Shown in pieces: positions 46,057-55,886 of a DNA stretch of 64,000 bases. Made by a program: the position numbers and the translations under genes. Where the stretch lies: positions 21,309-85,308 of IMG/VR virus record IMGVR_UViG_3300044998_000260, one strand, 5' to 3'. The notes under the pieces are model-generated. The model saw nothing but the letters and a program-made list of their open reading frames with translations, ran no database searches and was not told the DNA's origin. The number at the start of each line of letters is the position of its first letter. The first letter of the stretch is position 1. The DNA comes from a virus.

Positions 46057-46398
46057 TCACGGTTGACTCTTGAGCACTTGGGTTATGTGTTTGCACGTCT
46101 TGCGGAACACGTAACCTGGGCACGTGCAAGTGGCCCGAGGTCCAGTCACGGTCACGGTATAGGTGCCCGTGCGTCCTTTGACGGTCACGGTTTTGACCTT
46201 GGGTGGATTGGCCGATTGGGACGATACGAAACGCTGCCATGAAATATCCTCAAGTCTAGTGCCTTCAGGCACCGCAGGGTAATCGCTCAAGGGCTTGACG
46301 CCGTTGACTAGCGTGATCGATCCACCGGCCAAGCACGGTTGACCCGTGGTTGGATGCCGAAAAATGGTCGGTCGTGCTGTGCTGACTACCGTGATCAT
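46057..46398 (-). CDS. SWIM zinc-finger protein
   Basis: CTCPGYVFRKTCKH. Confidence 0.8.
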   Translation of the reverse strand: MITVVSTARPTIFRHPTTGQPCLAGGSITLVNGVKPLSDYPAVPEGTRLEDISWQRFVSSQSANPPKVKTVTVKGRTGTYTVTVTGPRATCTCPGYVFRKTCKHITQVLKSQP

Positions 46399-46604
46399 AT
46401 TAGCGGTCGAGACGTCGGGTGAAATAAATCGCCAGCGCGAGAGAGAGCAGTGGTAGAATCATCTCGACGAACATCCGCTCACACCAACCGATGTGATCTG
46501 GGTCACGGCGCTGATGGGGCATTTTCCGTTCCTCGTTGAGGTTACCTACAATATAACAAAAATCATGCCATCCGCAAGGGGTGGTCTGAAATCGTTATAA
46601 TGTG

Positions 46605-46907
46605 TTAGAGGACAACAGCGCGTTTTGCTGCCGAGAGCATAGCGCGATGGATGTTACCAGCACCCACGGGGTTGCCACTGTGAACACGCCAGTCGGGCAT
46701 ACGAAACTCGGGGTTCGTATAGACTTGTTTCTCGATCCACAGAGCCACATCGTAACCCGTGCCACACTCGCGCTCGCCAAGATCGTGGTCAAAACTGATC
46801 ATGGTGATCTGACCAGTCTTGAGCATTTCAATCGCCTCAGCGGCAGTGTAGGCGCGAAGATCGAAATCAGGCGGTGTCTGGCGAAGGTCGTCGAGGTAGA
46901 GTCGCAT
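46605..46907 (-). CDS. cyclic-phosphate-processing receiver-like domain
   Basis: LYLDDLR.P..ISFDHDLG..GYDVA..HSGNPVG. Confidence 0.75.
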   Translation of the reverse strand: MRLYLDDLRQTPPDFDLRAYTAAEAIEMLKTGQITMISFDHDLGERECGTGYDVALWIEKQVYTNPEFRMPDWRVHSGNPVGAGNIHRAMLSAAKRAVVL

Positions 46908-47067
46908 ATCGTTAGCGGTGAAGTTACCTATAATATAACAAAAATCATGCCGTTCGCAAGGGGTGGTCTGAAATTGTTACAATGTGTCCACTTTAGAGGA
47001 CAACAACCATTCGTGCTGACACAAAAATCGTGTGAGGGGGGGGGGGGCTTGCGTTCTTCTGTGAAAT

Positions 47068-47406
47068 GTGGTATTATACATTATGACCACAACGACCAAG
47101 GAGACCATGAAAATCACCAATATCACTCCGTCGCGGAAGTATTTCCCGAGTCACCGCACAGGCGGTCTCAGCGGCATCACCGTTCGGGAAATCATCGCAT
47201 TTCTTGGATTCAAGCCGAACTTCGAGGATGATCCCGATAAAGTTGAAAACTCGTGGACCGCGAATGTGACGGTCAAGGGGTCGAAGCGGAAGGTCAAGAT
47301 CGCAATCTGGGATTACCGTGGCAGTCATCGATGGAAGGAGTTTTCCACCTATGGTCCACATGACGTTCTGCGGGCCATTTTCGGTGACTATTATGTTGGA
47401 TACTAA
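47068..47406 (+). CDS. hypothetical protein (likely start 47107)
   Basis: AAGGAG RBS; TTGCGT-17-TATTAT promoter. Confidence 0.65.
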   Translation: MVLYIMTTTTKETMKITNITPSRKYFPSHRTGGLSGITVREIIAFLGFKPNFEDDPDKVENSWTANVTVKGSKRKVKIAIWDYRGSHRWKEFSTYGPHDVLRAIFGDYYVGY

Positions 47407-47419
47407 CCTTTAACGCACG

Positions 47420-47722
47420 ATGTTCAGAATCACGCAGAACAAGGGCTTCCACATAACGTTTCAGAACGGATGGACACTCTCGGTGCAGTGGGGTCCACTT
47501 AACTATTGTGCCAATCGCAATGATGATCGGGTCTGGAATAGGCATGACATCGACGAGATCGCTGCCGAGGCGGGTAGCACTGGTAGCGCTGACGCCGAGA
47601 TCGCTGCGTGGGATGCTGCCGGCAAGATGTATGATTTCGGCAATGACACGGTGAAAGGTTGGGTGACGCCCGACGAGCTGGTCGAGTGGATCAATAAGTT
47701 TTCCACGATGCCACCGACCTAG
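47420..47722 (+). CDS. hypothetical phage protein
   Basis: GFHITFQNGWTLSVQWG. Confidence 0.7.
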   Translation: MFRITQNKGFHITFQNGWTLSVQWGPLNYCANRNDDRVWNRHDIDEIAAEAGSTGSADAEIAAWDAAGKMYDFGNDTVKGWVTPDELVEWINKFSTMPPT

Positions 47723-47749
47723 ATTCCACTTGCGGTTATCTGAGAAACG

Positions 47750-47779
47750 AAAAAAGAGCGAGAAATCGCTCTTTTTTTT
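47750..47779 (+). terminator. intrinsic terminator; near-identical inverted copy at 53293-53319
   Basis: AAAAAGAGCG-AGAAAT-CGCTCTTTTT. Confidence 0.85.
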
Positions 47780-47883
47780 ATGTCTATGACTTTCGTTATA
47801 TGATCTGTTCTATTTATCAGTTTTCTACTTATATATATGGTCTATGACCGTCTCCGTAACCCTCTTTCATTGAAGATAAAACT

Positions 47884-49005
47884 ATGTCCTTCTATCATCT
47901 ATGGCTTCGACTACTCGGCCGGCAACGGGGTCCACATACGACCACAACCACGGCTGATCCAACAACCACGACGCTAGCTCCAACCACGACTACAGTTGCA
48001 CCAACAACCACAACTACGGCTACGCCGACGACTACGACTCGTGCTCCAACCACAACCACGGCTGCACCGACGACTACAACTACGCTAGCACCGACAACCA
48101 CAACTCGAGCTCCAACAACGACGACGCTAGCTCCAACTACGACAACTCGAGCTCCAACAACGACGACGCTAGCTCCAACCACGACTACGGTTGCACCAAC
48201 AACCACAACCACGGCTACGCCGACGACTACGACGCTAGCACCGACAACCACGACTCGTGCTCCAACGACTACGACTCGTGCTCCAACAACGACAACGGCT
48301 GCACCAACAACAACCGCAGCGCCGCCAAGCGGCGTGCTGTTCAGTCATGGGTTCGATGATGGCGGCTGGGCGGGCATGGGTCGCTGGGGTTCTCCCCGCA
48401 TCGTGACCGATGCCACTGCTAATGGTGGACGATGCGTGCAGTTCGATTGGACACGAGGTGGTGATCGTGACCAGGCCATCTCCCACACGGTGACCGGGAC
48501 TCGTCTCAAGTTGCACGCACGATTCCGTTACAAGCAGTCGGCCAACGCCGACAACAGCGGCATCAAGAAGACCGTCCGGATCCGAGCCGACATCAATGGC
48601 CAGAGCGGCAGGGCCGTCGGCACCTTCAATATCCAGTGGAACGGCTTCCTGTTCTACGGCGACGATTTCGCAATAGCCCCATGGAACATCTGGCAGACTG
48701 GCTTCGAGACATCGCAAGCCATCTACACCCAGAACCATCCGAACACCTTCAGGGATCGCTGGCGATACATTGAGGTAATGTTGGACTACTCGGAACCCGG
48801 CAAGCAAAAGGCCGGAATGTGGATCGACGGGGTGCAGATCATCAATTACAGTGGGAACTTGGCCACACCGATGCCGTCGAACTTCTCGCTGCGGGATGTG
48901 TGGTTTGCGAGCTGGTTCAACGATCCCGCCGATACCCGATCCGAGTGGTTTGACGATATCGTGATATCAGATTCCTATATTGGGGTTCCAACAACCACCC
49001 AATAA
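47884..49005 (+). CDS. Thr-rich mucin-like repeats + beta-sandwich (LamG/lectin-like) domain
   Basis: about 14 TTTTxAP repeats then Trp-rich globular domain. Confidence 0.75.
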   Translation: MSFYHLWLRLLGRQRGPHTTTTTADPTTTTLAPTTTTVAPTTTTTATPTTTTRAPTTTTAAPTTTTTLAPTTTTRAPTTTTLAPTTTTRAPTTTTLAPTTTTVAPTTTTTATPTTTTLAPTTTTRAPTTTTRAPTTTTAAPTTTAAPPSGVLFSHGFDDGGWAGMGRWGSPRIVTDATANGGRCVQFDWTRGGDRDQAISHTVTGTRLKLHARFRYKQSANADNSGIKKTVRIRADINGQSGRAVGTFNIQWNGFLFYGDDFAIAPWNIWQTGFETSQAIYTQNHPNTFRDRWRYIEVMLDYSEPGKQKAGMWIDGVQIINYSGNLATPMPSNFSLRDVWFASWFNDPADTRSEWFDDIVISDSYIGVPTTTQ

Positions 49006-49051
49006 GTGTATGGGGAGCCGCAACAATCAAAAAAATAGGTTATTGAATCAT

Positions 49052-49453
49052 ATGACACAAAATCAAGTAATTGAACAATTATATTTGAATAAGCCAGAAT
49101 CTATACATGATGTCATTCCATCAGAATTTTTCACCAAGTATGACTCGTATTTCACCATTCCGAACGGTGTGTTCGGTGCAGAGCGTGCGTCGCCGATTTT
49201 AGAGTTTTGTGTTCAATCAATGAACAGTTCCTGTGGGTGGTATGGTCCGTCGTGGTTTGGCATGACCATCAAAAAATTTCTGGGATTACCGAACGAAATA
49301 CCACAGGCGCCGGTTGCTGAACAACTCCGAAATCATAACTACGAGTATTTTCATTACGGCAAATTTGAATCACAATATGCTCGGCACTGGTCATTGTATA
49401 GTTGGAGTCCTGAAGTATGGAATAAACTCAAGGATGGTGTGTATGAAGGATAA
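49052..49453 (+). CDS. possible glycosyltransferase-related protein
   Basis: NGVFGAE..SPIL..YARHWSLYSW. Confidence 0.45.
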   Translation: MTQNQVIEQLYLNKPESIHDVIPSEFFTKYDSYFTIPNGVFGAERASPILEFCVQSMNSSCGWYGPSWFGMTIKKFLGLPNEIPQAPVAEQLRNHNYEYFHYGKFESQYARHWSLYSWSPEVWNKLKDGVYEG

Positions 49454-50240
49454 AGTGAGTTTCGTCTGCACAACATTTCGTCGGGCGACCTGCGTTGAAC
49501 GTATCATTGCACAATTCCACGCTCAGACCTATCGACACGCCGAGCTCATCATTTTCAATACCGATCAGGAATATCCGATATCGTTGGCCGTCCCCGACGA
49601 ACAAATCATCGTGATCAACAATGACCGAAATTATCAGACTGGTCTTCCCTATACAAATCGCGGCGATATTTGCCGTGACGCGGTGACACACGCGACCGGG
49701 GAGTTTTTCATGTTGGCCGATGATGATGATATCTACTTACCGTGGCATTTACAACAAGCCGTAGAAGGCATCACAGAAATAGGAAAAGATGCGTGGAAAC
49801 CCGCAAATAGTTTCTTCGCCAGTCAACAAGGAATCATATTGGTTCAGAACACGTTGGAAGCCTCGGTTATTGTCCGTATGTCTCGCATTCGTGAAATTGG
49901 CTTTCGGTCGGACTTGACTGGATATGAAGGATTGAGTTGGTATACTCAACTCCGTGATGAACGACAACTTGACGAATACAACCCGAATTTTGTTCCGTCG
50001 TATTGTTTCAATTGGAGTGACCCCGCCGAGCTCGCCGGTCACAAACAAAGCGGCGATATTGATAATCCCGACAATTTTGAAAATCACAAGCAGCAATCCC
50101 GAGATCCAGCCACTCGGGCCTTGACGCCGTTTGCATCGTTGGATGATACCTATCGTCCATATTATGATTTCATTCGGAATAATCCCGATCTGTTCAATCG
50201 CGAATATGTCGCCAGATATGCCGCTCCGTTTCTGACTTGA
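49443..50240 (+). CDS. glycosyltransferase family 2
   Basis: VSFVCTTFRR, ADDDDIYLPWHL. Confidence 0.85.
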   Translation: MKDKVSFVCTTFRRATCVERIIAQFHAQTYRHAELIIFNTDQEYPISLAVPDEQIIVINNDRNYQTGLPYTNRGDICRDAVTHATGEFFMLADDDDIYLPWHLQQAVEGITEIGKDAWKPANSFFASQQGIILVQNTLEASVIVRMSRIREIGFRSDLTGYEGLSWYTQLRDERQLDEYNPNFVPSYCFNWSDPAELAGHKQSGDIDNPDNFENHKQQSRDPATRALTPFASLDDTYRPYYDFIRNNPDLFNREYVARYAAPFLT

Positions 50241-50318
50241 TCGAACCGGTTTGTAACGAGAATGTAACAACGATAACGAGGGGTTGTGTTTCAAACACTT
50301 TCGAGCTATTATTCTTCC

Positions 50319-50564
50319 ATGACTGATACGCAAACCTACACCCACCCAGTGGAAGGGCGAGTTTCCATGATTGATATGCAAACCTACACCCAATGGAAGG
50401 GCAAGGTGAACTTCTTGCTCGTTCGCTCGTTCGGTCTTGGCGTCGATGACCTTCCGGATTGCCCGTATCGCGACTGGTATGAAGACGACGTTAGCCCCGC
50501 TACGGCGGCGAAGCGAGCCATCGCTGCGGCAGAGTTTGGAGACTACGACGCTTACGACGACTAA
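50319..50564 (+). CDS. hypothetical protein with duplicated start segment
   Basis: MTDTQTYT/MIDMQTYT ~48-bp duplication. Confidence 0.6.
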   Translation: MTDTQTYTHPVEGRVSMIDMQTYTQWKGKVNFLLVRSFGLGVDDLPDCPYRDWYEDDVSPATAAKRAIAAAEFGDYDAYDD

Positions 50565-50679
50565 CCTTTTACACCGGTCGTTCCACCCTTGACCGACTAC
50601 ACCCTTTAGTTGATCCCCGGTGTCCTCAAAAGAGGACATCGTGAGGCGGTCTGTAACAATTGTGTAATATGGACCCTAG

Positions 50680-50901
50680 TTATGGACCTCCGAGGGCGGC
50701 GACCGTAACTTTGCATACGGCATTATACCCGTGGCGGGCAATGAGCTTATCAATCTCACGGCCTGCGTCACCACCGACACGATCCAAGGTCAGTTCCGCC
50801 GCTTCGTCCCACGAACAAGGGATGGCATCGGGTGACACCTCGGCCCACACGCGACGGAGCGCGGTTTCGGTTTCATCGGACATCTTGATGCGGGGTGCCA
50901 T
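50680..50901 (-). CDS. hypothetical protein
   Basis: ORF. Confidence 0.55.
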   Translation of the reverse strand: MAPRIKMSDETETALRRVWAEVSPDAIPCSWDEAAELTLDRVGGDAGREIDKLIARHGYNAVCKVTVAALGGP

Positions 50902-51159
50902 GTTGCCTTTGCCTTAGAGGGTTGCGCGTCATGCTCTTTACACGGGGTAATCTACGCGAAAATGGGGGCGAAATCAAGACCCAATCGGCGTTGTTAGATT
51001 TTTGTTACTTACCGCCGATTTTATCTTTTTTGATTAAACGATTAATTCCGCGCTTGGCTGAGGCAAGCGACCGATAAATTTGTGCATGCCCCGCCACATA
51101 ATACTCGCCTTCCGGCAGTTTCACATAAATCGTGAAATTTTTGTATTCGGTGACACGCT

Positions 51160-51558
51160 TCACACCGACACCGCCGTCAGGTATCCACTGCCGCCCTTGA
51201 CGGGAACCATCTTCCAGGGAGTGCCAAACTTCGCTCTCGCTTCGTATCCGCCCCAGTTGAAATCGTCAATCGTCCACAGCGTGCCAAAACTACGATTGAA
51301 GTTCGGAGCATTGTGACTCGCCGAGGCGAAGATCACGCCGTCGGTCAGTCGGACGAAATACCGAACACTGGACCCCACGATGACCTTGGCAAACTTGCGA
51401 CCCATTGCGATCTTGACGTGCGCGTTTTCCATGTTCGCTGCACAGTCGAGTCTGTCAGCAATCAAACGATTCATCGTATCGCGTCCGATTGTCCAGGCGA
51501 AGGTGTTGAGAAGGTCCGACATTGCCGTTTTCTGAATCATCGCGTTGCTCATGATCAC
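51160..51558 (-). CDS. hypothetical phage protein
   Basis: GRKFAKV..YFVRLTDGVIF..AP. Confidence 0.65.
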   Translation of the reverse strand: MIMSNAMIQKTAMSDLLNTFAWTIGRDTMNRLIADRLDCAANMENAHVKIAMGRKFAKVIVGSSVRYFVRLTDGVIFASASHNAPNFNRSFGTLWTIDDFNWGGYEARAKFGTPWKMVPVKGGSGYLTAVSV

Positions 51559-51583
51559 TTGTTCCCGTTCGTGAAGTTTTCCA

Positions 51584-51814
51584 TTAGCGGGTTTGCTCCT
51601 TCAAAAGACGAGCCTTGCGAAATCGGTTGATTCCGTTTTCAGCACGGCGTTGAAGGTCATGCTTACCGTTCACGGGTTCGGTGGAACGCCGCACGGGTTC
51701 GAAAATGGGTTCGTCTACTTCGTCGAAATCAAGATGTTGCAGATTCAAGCGAGGCACAGCAGTATTCGTTGGGGTTATGGCTGATTGTGAGGCGGTCGTT
51801 ATGCGGAGATCCAA
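51584..51814 (-). CDS. hypothetical protein
   Basis: ORF. Confidence 0.5.
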   Translation of the reverse strand: MDLRITTASQSAITPTNTAVPRLNLQHLDFDEVDEPIFEPVRRSTEPVNGKHDLQRRAENGINRFRKARLLKEQTR

Positions 51815-51996
51815 TGGATCAGTGCGGCCGCTTCCTCGGGTGTGCGCATCGGAAATACTGCCACCTGCCGACTCAAACGGCCTTCCACCGTCTTGACGAG
51901 CCAGCCAGCGGGCAAAAGGCGCGTGACGCGCCCAGTCACATAAATGCCATCCACAGGAAAGGCGACCGTATCGCCTACAGCGATGCGATTGCGCAT
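51799..51996 (-). CDS. hypothetical protein
   Basis: ORF. Confidence 0.55.
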   Translation of the reverse strand: MRNRIAVGDTVAFPVDGIYVTGRVTRLLPAGWLVKTVEGRLSRQVAVFPMRTPEEAAALIHWISA

Positions 51997-51997
51997 A

Positions 51998-52288
51998 TCA
52001 GCCTCGGTGAATCTTGACGATGGTGAGCTTACCGTCTACGACGGTGGCAATGTGCCACCAATCGTATGTCGGGGTATAACCATCTTCGTCGGGTTCCGGG
52101 GATCGAACCACGTTCTCGGCATCCTCGACGGACTCAAAGGTGCCGATGAAATCCAACATCCCACCTTTGGGATAGTAGGTCGATCCAGCAAACAGGAAAA
52201 GCGGAGTCGTTTCAGTCATGTGAGTAATATAGTCAACATCGGACGGAATACAAGGGGAACAACGTGTCGTTACACTTTCGTTACACAC
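51998..52288 (-). CDS. hypothetical phage protein
   Basis: FLFAGSTYYPKGGMLDF..YDWWHI. Confidence 0.65.
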   Translation of the reverse strand: MCNESVTTRCSPCIPSDVDYITHMTETTPLFLFAGSTYYPKGGMLDFIGTFESVEDAENVVRSPEPDEDGYTPTYDWWHIATVVDGKLTIVKIHRG

Positions 52289-52318
52289 CGGTGTGGGCGC
52301 GGTGTCAGGGGGTCACAC

Positions 52319-52633
52319 CTAGTTCGTGGTCCATTCCTCGTACCCGTCAGAGTCTCGGACGGGGATCCTGTTTCCACGTTCGTCATACGTGAACCACTCC
52401 TCGTATCCGTTAGAGTCTCGGAAATGGGTCTTGTTCCCGAGATCGTCGTACGTGGTCCATTCCTCGTACCCGGTGGAGGTTCGGAAATGGGTTTCGTTTC
52501 CGCGTTCGTCGTACGTGGACCACTCCTCGTATCCGTTAGAGTCTCGGAAATGGGTCTTGTTCCCGAGATCGTCGTACGTGGACCATGACTCGTACCCGTT
52601 GTCGTACACCATGTGCTCGACCCGATTTTTCAT
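52319..52633 (-). CDS. 20-aa tandem repeat protein
   Basis: YD(D/E)xGNxTHFRDSNGYEEW x4-5. Confidence 0.8.
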   Translation of the reverse strand: MKNRVEHMVYDNGYESWSTYDDLGNKTHFRDSNGYEEWSTYDERGNETHFRTSTGYEEWTTYDDLGNKTHFRDSNGYEEWFTYDERGNRIPVRDSDGYEEWTTN

Positions 52634-52782
52634 GTGTGCTCCGTTCAGGGGAAAGGTGACATAATAATAATAACCCGCAAGGGCGCGGTTGTCAAGGGCA
52701 ATGCGGTCTGTTACACGGTCGTTACAAACCGGTTCGGCCCCACCGAAAAATCTAGTGCCGATTTATTCGGTTACACGAACCG

Positions 52783-53028
52783 TTAGTCCCATTCGCCGTA
52801 ATAACCATAGTCCTCGTCAGTGCCGAAGCCAGCATCACGCAGACCCGTGGCGTGGTCACCATCCATATCGTCGTCGAAGTCATATTCGTCGTCGAAGTCA
52901 TCTTCGTCGTCGAAATCGTCGTCAAACAGTTCCTCGAGCTCTTCCTCGGTCAGTTCCTCAAACTCAGACTCATCGATTTCGTCCTCAAGTTCCTGCGAAC
53001 GATTGTCGAGATCGTTGAAATCCAGCAT
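52783..53028 (-). CDS. highly acidic protein (possible DNA mimic)
   Basis: D/E-rich 81 aa, GAGG RBS. Confidence 0.6.
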   Translation of the reverse strand: MLDFNDLDNRSQELEDEIDESEFEELTEEELEELFDDDFDDEDDFDDEYDFDDDMDGDHATGLRDAGFGTDEDYGYYGEWD

Positions 53029-53042
53029 GGTATCCTCTTGGG

Positions 53043-53246
53043 TTAGATGATTTCAAGCATGTGCTTGATTTCCTGATCAAACACATCGCTCTGCTCTTCG
53101 GCGGGATATTCCTCGGTCACGGCATCGCTGAGCATCGCGTCGCGTTCGGCTTCCAGATAAAACGAATAATCCATGAGATCGTATTCCACAAGCCGCTCCG
53201 TGTTGAGGTTATGAGTGTAATATAAACCGTCTGGGGGTTCGATCAA
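53043..53246 (-). CDS. hypothetical acidic protein
   Basis: ORF. Confidence 0.5.
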   Translation of the reverse strand: MIEPPDGLYYTHNLNTERLVEYDLMDYSFYLEAERDAMLSDAVTEEYPAEEQSDVFDQEIKHMLEII

Positions 53247-53332
53247 GCCCTTACGCTCCGTGTTACATTCTCGTTACAGGCCGGGCGGTATGAAAAAAGA
53301 GCGATTTCTCGCCCTTTTTCTATTTGAGGGGA

Positions 53333-53710
53333 TTAGTTTTCCGACTCCATCGACACGCCATATTCACGGCGTCCGTCGATATGGTAGAACACCGCATACT
53401 CGCTATTACGAGGAGCGGTATCGCACAGCTCGTAGTCCACCTGACCACGATTCCAAACATACTGCTTGGGCATATCTACCGAACCTTCGCAGCGGTCCCA
53501 CACGGAACACCAGCGGTCGCCACAACATTCGCAGTCATAGCCCTTGGCCACGCCGTCGAAATACACGCCGATGTCTTCGGCCTTGCTATTTGCTTCGGCG
53601 GCGGTGAACGCCTGAATGTAGACGTAGTTGCCAACGGAATCGTTGAACACGAGCCTACCGCCAGGGTTGTTCTGGCGGAACTCAAACCACTTGGGAGTCA
53701 GCTTGCCCAT
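53333..53710 (-). CDS. hypothetical phage protein
   Basis: FRQNNPGG..DCECCGDRW. Confidence 0.7.
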   Translation of the reverse strand: MGKLTPKWFEFRQNNPGGRLVFNDSVGNYVYIQAFTAAEANSKAEDIGVYFDGVAKGYDCECCGDRWCSVWDRCEGSVDMPKQYVWNRGQVDYELCDTAPRNSEYAVFYHIDGRREYGVSMESEN

Positions 53711-53723
53711 ATTTGCTCCGTAG

Positions 53724-54059
53724 TTAGTTAGCGATGTCCACGTAGGCGCACTGCGTTACCAGAAAATCGAGCAGGTTCGCGCAGTAAACGTCAATCTCGG
53801 AATCGTTGTAATCCAGATCCTCAAGCCGATTGATGAGAAACTCCACAAACTCGTTGTTGCCCACCATTACACGGTTCGTGTCGCCCCAAGTCCACGGCGC
53901 TTGATCCGTGATACTGTCCAGAAAATCGTCGGCACTTTCACCGAGCATTCCAAAGTGCTCGATCACATCACGATAGATCGCATTGGCCGAAACAAACTGA
54001 CACGTCTCAAGGTTAGCGCTGGTAATCATGGACAGCCTCGATTTCAGATACCGTGGCAC
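53724..54059 (-). CDS. hypothetical protein, paralog of 62790-63044
   Basis: shared TWGDxNR. Confidence 0.6.
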   Translation of the reverse strand: MPRYLKSRLSMITSANLETCQFVSANAIYRDVIEHFGMLGESADDFLDSITDQAPWTWGDTNRVMVGNNEFVEFLINRLEDLDYNDSEIDVYCANLLDFLVTQCAYVDIAN

Positions 54060-54282
54060 TTACGGTGCGCTGGATGTAGCGCAATGCCGCTTCCACGGTG
54101 TTGTAACTCGCAGGAATGGTGACCTGCCGAATCGGACACTTGCGACCGTTGAGATCGGTGCCGATGATGTTCCACGAACGCCAGAATGTATGGTCTGCCA
54201 TGTTACTTGCCCTCACGGCGAAGTTGCTTGAAACGACGATGAGCTTTGATGTCATCATCTTTATCACAGTGGAATAATACAC
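54013..54282 (-). CDS. hypothetical protein
   Basis: ORF; start uncertain. Confidence 0.45.
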   Translation of the reverse strand: MYYSTVIKMMTSKLIVVSSNFAVRASNMADHTFWRSWNIIGTDLNGRKCPIRQVTIPASYNTVEAALRYIQRTVSATVSEIEAVHDYQR

Positions 54283-54478
54283 CCAAACCAGTTTGAATAC
54301 AAGGGGTTTAGGCTGTTGTTACACGGATGTTACATACCGGTCCAATGACAAACGGGCCGCTAGAGTATTGTCATCGAGCGACCTTTACTGGCGTTGTTAG
54401 TTTTATGCAAGGACAGGAGATTATCTAACCGCCATTCGGCTGCACTGTATGAACCCAGCGGGTAATTCCAGCCTTTAG

Positions 54479-54551
54479 TGCTTCGAACAGGAGTCGAACC
54501 TGTAACCTACTGATTAAAAGTCAGCTGCTCTGCCAATTGAGCTATCGAAGC
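54479..54551 (-). tRNA. tRNA-Lys(TTT)
   Basis: cloverleaf. Confidence 0.93.
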
Positions 54552-54815
54552 GTAAATCACCCCGAGAATTTCTCGACCTCTGATCTAAGGATGAATAGTG
54601 GTGATGTCCGGGTTTCGCCTATTCAGATGTTTCCCGGATTTTTGCCTTATGTTAATGGCTAATTGCAGCTGCCACTGCTCAACCTGTGTGACCAGAAACT
54701 GGCAGGTTTCTGATCACAGACCCCTCCTTGGGGCGGCCAGGCATCACACACAACGATTGTCAAACATCGCCGAGATCGGCTGCGTCGGATCATCCGACGG
54801 GTAATTCCTATGTCC

Positions 54816-54888
54816 GCTATAATCACAATGGGACTCGAACCCATATCTGCCCCCCCAGGGGCCGTCCTATCCGTTAGACCATGTGATA
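54816..54888 (-). pseudogene. degenerate tRNA, collapsed anticodon arm
   Basis: D- and T-arm intact; GGCCCCTGGGGGGGC in place of anticodon arm. Confidence 0.6.
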
Positions 54889-55121
54889 TCCGATAATGTA
54901 TATTTGGCGCTATACAAAATCGGTCGCTTCTACCGAGCGTGCTTAGTGCGCCAACACCGTTCACACTGGTAGCCACTTGCGCAGTTTATTAAAGAGTATC
55001 AGCGCCATTCTCTTATAGGCAGTTTTCAGAGATGCCGAGCTCTTTATCGAATTGGTCGTAACGAGACTCGAACTCGTCCGGATGACCCACGAATGACCCA
55101 TCCATACCCATCGACCATAGG

Positions 55122-55193
55122 TGACGCTAACGGGAGTCGAACCCGTGTTCTGAGATTGAAAGTCTCATGTCCTAGCCACTAGACGATAGCGCC
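55122..55193 (-). tRNA. tRNA-Glu(TTC)
   Basis: cloverleaf, close to 27709 copy. Confidence 0.93.
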
Positions 55194-55475
55194 ATAAACG
55201 AGCGACGGACGCGAGAGCCGTCATTAGTCCCGACGGTCGGTGGCAGGACACTCGTTTCGTTTGTCAATCAACGTTAGTAAGATAACCCATTCGGTGTCTC
55301 AGGTCAAGCTTACTTTTGTAACACTTTTGTTACGGACCACGGGTGCCGCTCTTGATACCTGGTCAAGAGTCCGTCACCATTTCGGTTGGTGACCACCGTT
55401 CATCATTTACTCTAAATAAATAATACACCAGAGGCGACTAAACCACAAGCCCCCAAATCCCATGTTACACGGTCG

Positions 55476-55886
55476 TTACACGCCGGCGTGTAGCGTAAGT
55501 GCTTGTCTTGCAACAACATAGACCACACCGATTGTGCCGACCCATATTGCAAAATCGGCGAAATTGGCAATGCCAATGCCAGGCACGGGAATGAAATCAA
55601 GCACACCCGGTGGATCTGATACATAGCTCACCAAATTAGCTAATGATCCAGCGACCGCTGTAGCAGCATAGGGCTTGATATTGGCAATGTCCTGTCGCTG
55701 ACCAAGCTCCCAAAAAAACCAGCAGAGCATTACGGTCAACACGATATGTCCGATGTTGCTCAAACCGACCTTGCTTATCTCGGTGTTGTATACTACGAAT
55801 GATGGCAACCACCAAGTTGCGAGTTGCTTGGTGGCGAGATCCACGCCGAACACGACAAGGAAAGTCTTGCGCACTATATGCTCCAA
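55476..55886 (-). CDS. lspA: lipoprotein signal peptidase II-like
   Basis: VDLATK, AGSLANL, GVLDFI, NFADFAI; four hydrophobic segments. Confidence 0.7.
   Translation of the reverse strand: MEHIVRKTFLVVFGVDLATKQLATWWLPSFVVYNTEISKVGLSNIGHIVLTVMLCWFFWELGQRQDIANIKPYAATAVAGSLANLVSYVSDPPGVLDFIPVPGIGIANFADFAIWVGTIGVVYVVARQALTLHAGV

Noticed and set aside
47036-47047. G12 tract as phase-variation switch
   Set aside because: Lies upstream of the -35, not in the spacer or CDS; homopolymer length is unreliable
47895-48320. Non-coding repeat or DGR/CRISPR-like element
   Set aside because: Explained by Thr-rich coding repeats with synonymous variation; same for 52319-52633
54400-54475. Theta/HDV-like ribozyme after tRNA-Lys
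   Set aside because: Pseudoknot and CGAAUGG present, but no P1.1 GG, no UCCUCG-type L3, and P1 does not start at the tRNA end
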